Program-made: the position numbers and the translations under genes | Source: Clostridia bacterium | GTDB lineage: Bacteria > Bacillota > Clostridia > Monoglobales > Monoglobaceae | Assembly (NCBI GenBank): GCA_045596485.1 | Contig: JAZOCL010000089.1 | Span: 1-60,443 of the forward strand | Direction: 5' to 3' | DNA length: 60,443 nucleotides | In this document: positions 1 through 6,843 of the stretch, piece after piece | Position numbering within the stretch: position 1 is the stretch's first letter | Layout: each line of letters begins with the position of its first letter | The notes under the pieces: model-generated | Databases searched by the model: none | The model's input: the letters and a program-made list of their open reading frames with translations, nothing else | Told to the model about the DNA's origin: nothing

Positions 1-830
1 GATGTGGTATTTTTGATTCAACGGCATTTTACAGAAATTCAAATGATTATTTGGAGAATGGGATATGGTATGTTGATAACTGTATTTTAGATGCAGGAAG
101 CGGACTTGCTGCGGCTTCAATAAAGCCCGGCACGAGAGTCATTGCAAAATATGCCTTTGCGGGCTGTGCAGAGATGACCGAAGTTATGATTCCGTCAGGT
201 GTTACCCATATTGGAGAAAGTGCTTTTGACAGCACCGCTATTACATATATTGCTGTTCCTGACAGCGTTGTGTATCTGGGTGAAGCTGCCTTCAGCTATT
301 GTGAAAACCTGAGGAGAGTCTCTCTCGGTGACGGAATTTCGGTGATTGGAGATTCTGTGTTTAGCGATTGCTATGCCCTGACTGAAATTATCATTCCTGA
401 AGGTGTTACCTTGATTGATAAATATGCTTTTTTGTATTGCGATGCGCTTGAAAGTGTTTATTATCGCGGAACAGAGGAACAATGGCTTGAAATTGAAATA
501 CTGAATTATAACGATGGTCTTGACTATGCGGAAATATATACAGAGTGTGTACCTGCTGTGGTAGAAACATCGCTGGAATCAGGCGTTGAAGAGGGTGAGT
601 ATATAATTGCTGCTGAAACTCAATATATTCCTCAAAATGCCGTGATTTTTGTGGCGGGCTATGATGGAAATGGCGTTTTGAAGTGGGTTAAGTCTTTGCA
701 GATAGATGAGGATAACACTTTGCGTTCGGAGTTCAGCATTGACGGTCTCGCAACAGTTAGGCTTTTTGTGTGGAAGGATGATGCTATTACTCCCATGACG
801 GAAAGCATTCCGTTTTCGTTTATTAATTAA
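1..830 (+). CDS. BspA-type leucine-rich-repeat surface protein, 5'-partial (continues upstream of the window)
   Basis: The frame is open from nt 3 with no upstream stop, so the TTG at 51 in the ORF track is probably internal. Repeated ~23-aa units (I-P-x-x-V-x-x-I-G-x-x-A-F-x-x-C-x-x-L) are typical of LRR_5/BspA repeats. Stop at 828-830. Confidence 0.7.
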   Translation, partial: CGIFDSTAFYRNSNDYLENGIWYVDNCILDAGSGLAAASIKPGTRVIAKYAFAGCAEMTEVMIPSGVTHIGESAFDSTAITYIAVPDSVVYLGEAAFSYCENLRRVSLGDGISVIGDSVFSDCYALTEIIIPEGVTLIDKYAFLYCDALESVYYRGTEEQWLEIEILNYNDGLDYAEIYTECVPAVVETSLESGVEEGEYIIAAETQYIPQNAVIFVAGYDGNGVLKWVKSLQIDEDNTLRSEFSIDGLATVRLFVWKDDAITPMTESIPFSFIN

Positions 831-837
831 AAAATAC

Positions 838-866
838 TTGACATTTGACAAAAAGTGTACTATAAT
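838..866 (+). promoter_or_regulatory. sigma-70 type promoter of the rpsF-ssb-rpsR operon
   Basis: TTGACA (838-843), 17-nt spacer, TATAAT (861-866), about 70 nt upstream of the rpsF start. Confidence 0.6.
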
Positions 867-934
867 TACTTGGTTAGAAAAATCCTTACTTTCGGTATGC
901 CCGAAAGTCAAAGTCCACAAGGAGGTGAAAAGAA

Positions 935-1234
935 ATGGTTGAGGTTATTAACAAGTACGAAACTTTGTTCGTTGTTGACGCATCTAAAGGCGAAGAAGAA
1001 ACAGCAGCATTGGTTGATAAGTTCAAATCATTGATTGAGGCTAACGGTACAATTGAAAGCGTTGACGAATGGGGACGCAGAAGATTGGCTTATCCTATCA
1101 ATGACATGGCTGAAGGCTATTATGTTTTGGTTAACTTCTCTGCAAAGGCTGATTTCCCGGCTGAGCTTGAACGTGTGTTCGGTATCACAGACGGAGTTCT
1201 CAGAAACATTGTCATCAAAAAAGACGAGAAATAA
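935..1234 (+). CDS. rpsF: 30S ribosomal protein S6
   Basis: The 99-aa translation (YETLFVV...WGRRRLAYPI...GYYVL) is recognisable as S6. GGAGG RBS upstream and conserved rpsF-ssb-rpsR order. Confidence 0.95.
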   Translation: MVEVINKYETLFVVDASKGEEETAALVDKFKSLIEANGTIESVDEWGRRRLAYPINDMAEGYYVLVNFSAKADFPAELERVFGITDGVLRNIVIKKDEK

Positions 1235-1272
1235 TTGTGTGATTTTTTTGCACACAGAAAGCGAGATTGCTT

Positions 1273-1710
1273 ATGATTAACAAAGCGATTTTGATGGGCA
1301 GACTTACCCGTGACCCGGAACTGAGACACACGGGCTCAGGAACTCCCGTTTGCAGCTTTTCAATTGCTATTGATAACGGCTACGGCGAGAACAGGCAGAC
1401 AGATTTTATTAATTGTGTTGCCTGGAACAAAACTGCTGAATTTGTTGAAAAGTATTTCACAAAGGGCAGAATGATTATCGTTGTGGGCAGAATATCCACA
1501 CGTACGTGGGAAGGTCAGGACGGAAAGAAAAACTATGTTACAGAGGTTGTAGCAAATGAGGTTTCTTTCGGTGAATCCAAGAAGAATGCTGAAGAAGGCG
1601 GATATACTGCTCCTTCACGTGCGGCAGCTGCTGATTCTGTTCCTTCGATGCCCGAACAGGAAGAGGAAGCTTTTGTTCCTCTGGAAACTAATGATGATTT
1701 GCCGTTTTAA
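1273..1710 (+). CDS. ssb: single-stranded DNA-binding protein
   Basis: MINKAILMGRLTRDPELR N-terminal OB fold and acidic C-terminal tail ending DDLPF. The ATG at 1273 is preferred over the TTG at 1267 in the ORF track. Confidence 0.93.
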   Translation: MINKAILMGRLTRDPELRHTGSGTPVCSFSIAIDNGYGENRQTDFINCVAWNKTAEFVEKYFTKGRMIIVVGRISTRTWEGQDGKKNYVTEVVANEVSFGESKKNAEEGGYTAPSRAAAADSVPSMPEQEEEAFVPLETNDDLPF

Positions 1711-1751
1711 TGCGGCTAACCCTTTAAACTGAAAGATAGGAGGAAAGACCA

Positions 1752-2000
1752 ATGCCTGAAAAGGAAAGAAACGATAAGGCAAGAGCAAGACGCCCCAAGA
1801 GAAAGGCTTGTGCTTTTTGCGTTGATAAAGTAGAATTTATCGATTATAAGGACGTTGCAAAGCTCAGACGTTATATCACAGAAAGAGCTAAGATTCTTCC
1901 CAGAAGAATCAGCGGATGCTGCGCAAAGCATCAGAGAGAACTGACTGTTTCTATCAAGAGAGCAAGATATATGGCACTTCTGCCTTATACTGCTGACTAA
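1752..2000 (+). CDS. rpsR: 30S ribosomal protein S18
   Basis: 82 aa with the S18 pattern (CxFC...IDYKD...[18 protein letters not shown]). AGGAGG RBS. Confidence 0.95.
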   Translation: MPEKERNDKARARRPKRKACAFCVDKVEFIDYKDVAKLRRYITERAKILPRRISGCCAKHQRELTVSIKRARYMALLPYTAD

Positions 2001-2024
2001 GCCGAAACAGATATGTTGTTTCAG

Positions 2025-2057
2025 GAACCACCCTGGTCAGGGTGGTTCTTTCTTTTT
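2025..2057 (+). terminator. intrinsic terminator after rpsR
   Basis: GAACCACCCTG / CAGGGTGGTTC stem followed by TTTCTTTTT. Confidence 0.8.
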
Positions 2058-2148
2058 GAGATAAAATATGGGCAGGGTGTTTTGGGTCGGCAGACCGTCG
2101 GGAACGCCGATCCTACAAATTGATGTTGTTTGAGGTGTGTATTTTGGA

Positions 2149-2175
2149 AGTCTCGAAATTGGTCGAGGCTTTTTT
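2149..2175 (+). terminator. second intrinsic-terminator-like hairpin at the left edge of the phage-like cluster
   Basis: AGTCTCGA / TCGAGGCT stem (one G-U), 6-nt loop, then TTTTTT. No coding ORF lies between this hairpin and the first terminator. Confidence 0.5.
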
Positions 2176-2185
2176 CTGTACTAAC

Positions 2186-2578
2186 TTATTTTTTTTCATA
2201 GCTCAACAGCTCAAGAATTTTTTTGTATAAATCCTTGGGGAGCTCGTGGCAGATTGCGTGCGTTTTGCCGTGACATATAATAAGGTTTTCGGTGATGCCG
2301 CATTTGAAAAAGCTGTTTATGAAGTCTATATATTCTGATGTGATAGGCGTTTCTACCGTTTTGAAGCAGAAAGTGGAGGAGGAATCGTAGCAGTCTATTA
2401 TGTCAAGGGGAGAAACACGAAGCGCGTGAGCAAGAAGCTTGATTTTGTCGCTACGCATATTTTTTATGTAGCCGCTTTCCCACTTTTTTACAGTGCTTTT
2501 GCTGACGCCTACCAGCTTTCCTACTTCTTCAAGGGTAAGTCCCAGTTCTTTTCGTCTTTGCTTTATGTCAAAAAACAT
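2186..2578 (-). CDS. XRE-family HTH repressor (cI-like)
   Basis: N-terminal HTH_3 signature (RRKELGLTLEEVGKLVGVSKSTVKKWESG). Divergent from the cro-like gene. Confidence 0.8.
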   Translation of the reverse strand: MFFDIKQRRKELGLTLEEVGKLVGVSKSTVKKWESGYIKNMRSDKIKLLAHALRVSPLDIIDCYDSSSTFCFKTVETPITSEYIDFINSFFKCGITENLIICHGKTHAICHELPKDLYKKILELLSYEKK

Positions 2579-2644
2579 AATGATTTATCCTTCCTTTTTA
2601 GTATTATCTCTTTTGTCTTTCTACTAATTTTACTAAAATTATCG

Positions 2645-2738
2645 CCCTAGAAAACGGCGTAACACCGTTTTTCGCAGAATGACTTCTGCGACTTTCAAAC
2701 TTTTTGTTTGAAGGCTGCGCTTGATTTTCATTATAACA
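2645..2738 (+). repeat. half copy (domain I, three hairpins) of the multi-hairpin repeat family
   Basis: AAACGGCG-taa-CACCGTTT, CGCAGAA-tgac-TTCTGCG and CTTTCAAAC-tttt-TGTTTGAAGG occur in the same order and spacing as hairpins H1-H3 of the 6561 copy, with changed but still pairing stems. The copy ends in ATTATAAC. Confidence 0.6.
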
Positions 2739-2797
2739 CAAGAAATTTGTAAATGCAACTTGTTTTTACAAAAAAGTAAAAATATGTTAGTTATCTA

Positions 2798-2826
2798 TTG
2801 ACAAGACTGTAAAAAAATGGTAATAT
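2798..2826 (+). promoter_or_regulatory. early rightward promoter of the phage-like cluster
   Basis: TTGACA (2798-2803), 17 nt, TAATAT (2821-2826). TATTGACA occurs twice (2796 and 2823), and an 8-bp inverted repeat TTTGTAAA/TTTACAAA (2746-2772) lies just upstream as a candidate operator. Confidence 0.55.
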
Positions 2827-2856
2827 TGACAGTGCGAAAAACAGGAGGTGAGTCAT

Positions 2857-3060
2857 ATGGATGCTGAAAAGCTGAAAATGAAAATAAAGAAAAAAGGATT
2901 TTCGGCAAAAAAGCTTGCGGAAAAAGCGGGAATTGAAAGAAACGCCCTTGAAAGAAAGCTGACAGGGACAGAAGACTTTTTGCTTTGGGAAATTATAAAA
3001 ATTTCAAAGCTGCTTTCGCTGGAAAACAAAGAAATGCTGAATATTTTTTTTGACGGATAA
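2857..3060 (+). CDS. small HTH protein (cro/antirepressor-like)
   Basis: The AGGAGG RBS at 2844-2849 favours the ATG at 2857 (the ORF track starts at GTG 2848). The GFSAKKLAEKAGIERNALERKL segment is HTH-like. Position is divergent from the repressor. Confidence 0.6.
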   Translation: MDAEKLKMKIKKKGFSAKKLAEKAGIERNALERKLTGTEDFLLWEIIKISKLLSLENKEMLNIFFDG

Positions 3061-3090
3061 GTTTCCTAAAGGAAACAAAATTTTTGGCAG

Positions 3091-3285
3091 GTGGTGAAGA
3101 TGGGAATAGAGCATTCTGAAATTTGGGAGACTGAAAGATTTGGAGGTGCGACAAAGGACAGCGAGGTTTTTTGTTTTTGCTGTGGACTTGTTTTGGAAGA
3201 GAAAGAAGTCCTGAGTGACAGATTTGGACGTTGCTTTTGCGGCATCAGGTGCAAAAAGATTTTTTACGAAGGAGAAGGTTTATGA
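3091..3285 (+). CDS. small cysteine-rich hypothetical protein (possible zinc ribbon)
   Basis: 64 aa with CFCC...CFCGIRC cysteine clusters. The stop overlaps the next gene's start. No family recognised. Confidence 0.4.
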   Translation: MVKMGIEHSEIWETERFGGATKDSEVFCFCCGLVLEEKEVLSDRFGRCFCGIRCKKIFYEGEGL

Positions 3286-3650
3286 CAAAAAAGGAGCTTA
3301 TGCAATGCTTTTATCTTAATCGGGAGATTATGAGTGACACAGAGGAATTGGTTAATCTGAAAATCATAGCCAGAGACGGAAATGGGTTTGAATTTCACGA
3401 CGAAGAGGAGATAAAAAGACGAGAGAAAAGAATTGTTGAAAAAATCAGACGGTGCACAGAGCTCAAAGACAGAATTGAAAAATTTATAAATTCCATCGAT
3501 GACAGTCTCACCAGACAGATTTTTTATTACAGGTTTGTGAAATGTATGCCCTGGAAGAAGGTCAGCTATATGACAGGGGGATATAACAGCGATGAGGGTG
3601 TAAGAAAAATTGCTGAAAGGTACCTGAAGTCAATTGAGAAGAATAAATAA
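3282..3650 (+). CDS. phage sigma-70 region-4-like transcriptional regulator (late-gene activator, DUF1492/RinA-like)
   Basis: ATG at 3282 follows GGAGAAGG. The C-terminal part (LTRQIFYYRFVKCMPWKKVSYMTGGYNSDEGVRKIAERYL) resembles sigma region-4 HTH proteins placed just before terminase genes in Firmicutes phages. Confidence 0.55.
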   Translation: MTKKELMQCFYLNREIMSDTEELVNLKIIARDGNGFEFHDEEEIKRREKRIVEKIRRCTELKDRIEKFINSIDDSLTRQIFYYRFVKCMPWKKVSYMTGGYNSDEGVRKIAERYLKSIEKNK

Positions 3651-3699
3651 AGCTTGTCCGATTTGTACGCAAATTGCTGATATAATTTAATTAAGATGA

Positions 3700-3981
3700 G
3701 TGAGACAGATTGGAGGGAGAGGCGTGGAAGAAAAAAACATACAGAATTGTGAGGACAGCCTCATTACGGATTATATCCGCAAGAGAAAAAAGGATGTGTG
3801 CAGGCTGATTGACCGATTGATGATTGAAATTGCAAATCCTGACAGAATTGCGGCTGCGCCTCTCAATCAGCTGTCATCCGTTATGGGAACCCTTATTGAC
3901 AAGTTTGGGGCAGGAGAAAAGGACAGTGCTTTGGAGGGAACTCTTTCTACACTTTTTGATGACTTTGAGGATGTGAGCTAA
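3700..3981 (+). CDS. hypothetical protein in the small-terminase position (possible truncated TerS)
   Basis: Lies immediately upstream of TerL with a 2-nt gap. It is 85-93 aa depending on start (GTG 3700, or GTG 3724 after GGAGGGA). No HTH-like segment is seen. The assignment is positional only. Confidence 0.35.
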   Translation: MRQIGGRGVEEKNIQNCEDSLITDYIRKRKKDVCRLIDRLMIEIANPDRIAAAPLNQLSSVMGTLIDKFGAGEKDSALEGTLSTLFDDFEDVS

Positions 3982-3983
3982 GC

Positions 3984-5186
3984 GTGAGATACTACAAAAA
4001 TCTTACCCGAAAGCAAAATCTGCTGATGCAGCGTGCAAAGGGCGGGCTCAAAAGAATAAACATTCTTCACGGAAGTGTCAGGTCGGGAAAGACCTGGATA
4101 AGTCTTGTGCTCTGGTGCGTGTGGATACGCAATATGCCAAAAGACAGGTGCTATCTTATGACCGCAAAGACCCTGACAACCCTGAAACGCAACTGCCTTG
4201 ACCTTTTGGAGATTCTTGCCGGACGGAACAATTTTAAATATTCAATATCAAAAAAAGAGGGGGTTCTTTACGGAAGAAAAATTTATCTTGAGGGAGTTAA
4301 CGATGCGGGAGCAGAGAGCAAAATCAGGGGAATGACCCTTCAGGGGGCATACTGCGATGAGGTTACACTTTTTAACGAGGAGTTTTTCAGTATGCTGCTG
4401 TCACGACTTTCGGAGCCGGGGGCAAAGCTTTTTGGAACAACTAATCCCGATAATCCAAATCATTGGTTCAAGGTGAAGTATATTGACCGCAAGGACGAGC
4501 TGGATTTCTTTTTGATGGAGTTCTTGATAGATGACAACACCTTTCTTGACCCCCATTATGTTGAGGAGCTGAAAAAGGAGTATACAGGAGTCTTTTATCG
4601 AAGGTTTATTCTTGGGGAATGGTGCAGCGCTGAGGGGCTTGTTTATCCTATGTTTGATAAAGAGCTGCACACCCTTGACGAGATTCCGCAGCCTGTTGGG
4701 ATGGCAGAGTATTATATTTCGGTGGACTATGGAACGCTGAATCCTTGCAGTATGGGGCTTTGGCGTCTGGACGACAGATGTGCGGTGAGGCTTAGGGAAA
4801 GCTATTATTCGGGCAAGCAGCAAAAAAAGCTGCTTACCGATGAGGAATATTATGAGAGGCTGGTAGCTCTAGCGGAGGGCTTTGACATTAAATGCGTAGT
4901 TATAGACCCCTCTGCTGCCAGCTTTATTGCAACAATCAGGAGGCATGGAGAGTTCAGCGTGAGAAAGGCAGACAACAATGTTCTCAACGGAATCAGGATT
5001 ACGGGAAGTCTTTTAAAAAGCGGAAAGCTTTTGGTGCACAGCTCCTGTGAGGATGCAATCCGTGAGTTCGGTACTTATTCCTGGGATGAGGAGTCGGAGG
5101 AGGACAGGGTTGTTAAAGAGTTTGACCACGCTATGGATGACATCAGATATTTTTGTGCCACGGTGGCCGAAAAGCGGCTGCTATGA
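3984..5186 (+). CDS. terminase large subunit (PBSX-type)
   Basis: Walker A GSVRSGKT, Walker B-like YCDE, and a C-terminal nuclease-like region (VIDPSAASF...DHAMDDIRY). 400 aa. Confidence 0.9.
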   Translation: MRYYKNLTRKQNLLMQRAKGGLKRINILHGSVRSGKTWISLVLWCVWIRNMPKDRCYLMTAKTLTTLKRNCLDLLEILAGRNNFKYSISKKEGVLYGRKIYLEGVNDAGAESKIRGMTLQGAYCDEVTLFNEEFFSMLLSRLSEPGAKLFGTTNPDNPNHWFKVKYIDRKDELDFFLMEFLIDDNTFLDPHYVEELKKEYTGVFYRRFILGEWCSAEGLVYPMFDKELHTLDEIPQPVGMAEYYISVDYGTLNPCSMGLWRLDDRCAVRLRESYYSGKQQKKLLTDEEYYERLVALAEGFDIKCVVIDPSAASFIATIRRHGEFSVRKADNNVLNGIRITGSLLKSGKLLVHSSCEDAIREFGTYSWDEESEEDRVVKEFDHAMDDIRYFCATVAEKRLL

Positions 5187-5232
5187 AGCTGGTGCGGAAT
5201 ATATATGTAAGTTTTGACGGGAGGCAGGAAAG

Positions 5233-6582
5233 GTGTTTGAGAACATCAGAGAATTTTTTGGAAGGGTGAGAAAAAGTATGTTTGACAAAACGGTGATTGG
5301 TTCGGCAATTTCTTCGGAGATTGCTGTGTCGGACGAAATGAGCGGAGCAATCAGGCTCTGGAAGACAATGTATGAGGAACAGAGCGGACTTCATCTGCCT
5401 GCGGCAATTGCCTTTGAGATGGCGAGGCTGATTACGCTGGAAATGGAGTCGAAGCTTTCGGGGAGCGCACGAGGAGAGTTTCTTGATGAAAGCTACAGGG
5501 CTGTGATTGAGAATATAAGAGTTCCCGTTGAATACGGCTGTGCAAAGGGTGGACTTGTTATGAAGCCTTATGTTTCAGAGGGCAGGATTTTGGTTGATTT
5601 TATTCAGGCTGATAAGTTCTTTCCTACCGAGTTTGACGAAAACGGCAAAATCAGAGGTGCGGTTTTTGTTCAGACCAGAGCCAAGGATGGGAAATTTTAT
5701 ACCAGACTTGAAAAACATCGGTTTGTGGGAAAAACCTATGAGATTTCTAACAGAGCTTTTTGCAGCACAAACCGTGATTACCTTGGCAGAGAGATTTCCC
5801 TTGGTGAGGTTGAGGAATGGAAGAATCTTTCGGAGAGTCTTTCGATTTGCAATGTGAAGGCACCCTTGTTCGGGTATTTCAGACCTTCGATAGCCAATAC
5901 TGTTGACCCGTCTTCACCTCTTGGAGTGTCGGTTTATGCCAATGCGGTGAATCTTATTGAGGATGCGGACAGACAGTATGAACGCTTTTTGTGGGAGTTT
6001 GAAAGCGGTGAGCGTGCCCTCATTGCAAACAGTATGGCATTCAAGCGTGACAGAGACGGAAGACCAAGGCTTCCTGACAGAAAGCTTTATCGCACTATGG
6101 ATGTGGAAGATATGGACTTTTTTAAGGAATGGTCGCCGCAAATTCGGGAGGATGAGTTTTCAAAGGGACTTAACAGAATTTTCAGGCAGATTGAGTTCAA
6201 CTGCGGCTTTGCTTACGGAACTCTTTCGGAGGTCAGCGACTCGGAAAAAACCGCCGAGGAAATCCGTGCATCCAAGCAGAGAAGCTATGCAACCGTTTCG
6301 GACAACCAGAAGGCACTAAAGAATGCTCTCAAGGAGCTTGTTTATGCAATGGATGTTTGGTGTACTCTTTATAATCTGGCACCAATGGGCGAATACAGTC
6401 TGTCCTTTGACTTTGATGACAGCATTGCGGCAGACAGAAGAGCTCAGTTTGAAGAAAAGCAGGCCTTGGTGAACAACAAAATTATGGCACCCTGGGAGTT
6501 CAGAATGTGGTACTTCGGTGAGGACGAAGAAACAGCGAAGAAAAATATTGCTGATATAATCATTGACGTGGAAACGGCGTAA
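5233..6582 (+). CDS. portal protein
   Basis: 449 aa, directly after TerL and before scaffold/MCP, with size and position typical of SPP1-type portals. The last 7 codons and the stop lie inside the repeat element. Confidence 0.8.
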   Translation: MFENIREFFGRVRKSMFDKTVIGSAISSEIAVSDEMSGAIRLWKTMYEEQSGLHLPAAIAFEMARLITLEMESKLSGSARGEFLDESYRAVIENIRVPVEYGCAKGGLVMKPYVSEGRILVDFIQADKFFPTEFDENGKIRGAVFVQTRAKDGKFYTRLEKHRFVGKTYEISNRAFCSTNRDYLGREISLGEVEEWKNLSESLSICNVKAPLFGYFRPSIANTVDPSSPLGVSVYANAVNLIEDADRQYERFLWEFESGERALIANSMAFKRDRDGRPRLPDRKLYRTMDVEDMDFFKEWSPQIREDEFSKGLNRIFRQIEFNCGFAYGTLSEVSDSEKTAEEIRASKQRSYATVSDNQKALKNALKELVYAMDVWCTLYNLAPMGEYSLSFDFDDSIAADRRAQFEEKQALVNNKIMAPWEFRMWYFGEDEETAKKNIADIIIDVETA

Positions 6583-6735
6583 CGCCGTTTTAGCGGAATT
6601 TCATTCCGCAACTTTCAAACTAAAGGTTTGAAAGCCACGAATGATTGCAATAAAGTCGGCTTGTGAAAACACAGTTTTCACAATGGTTTGCTAAATTTAG
6701 CAAACTGAAATATTAAAATATTTCACCGACGTATA
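6561..6735 (+). repeat. multi-hairpin repeat, copy 1 (two cloverleaf-like domains, six hairpins); candidate MITE or structured ncRNA
   Basis: Domain I is closed by CATT..CGTGG / CCACG..AATG and holds H1 6571-6591, H2 6593-6609 and H3 6612-6634. Domain II is closed by GTCGG 6655-6659 / CCGAC 6726-6730 and holds H4 6661-6683, H5 6686-6705 and H6 6706-6725. There are 2 mismatches over the first ~170 nt against the reverse complement of 9331-9505. Confidence 0.85.
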
Positions 6736-6843
6736 TTATACTGCAGTAACTTTGTTAAATTGTCCGGGATGACGATAAACTAACAATCCTTTGCAGAAAG
6801 AAACTGCGTTAAAAAACTGAAAATAAGGAAGGAGTTCATAGCT

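Noticed and set aside
6655-6730. Domain II of the repeat as a tRNA gene (closing stem plus three arms, about 76 nt).
   Set aside because: The arms are 9-10 bp with 0-3 nt loops. There is no 7-nt anticodon loop, no D- or T-loop consensus (GG, GTTCRA), and no discriminator or CCA context. It is cloverleaf-shaped but not a tRNA.
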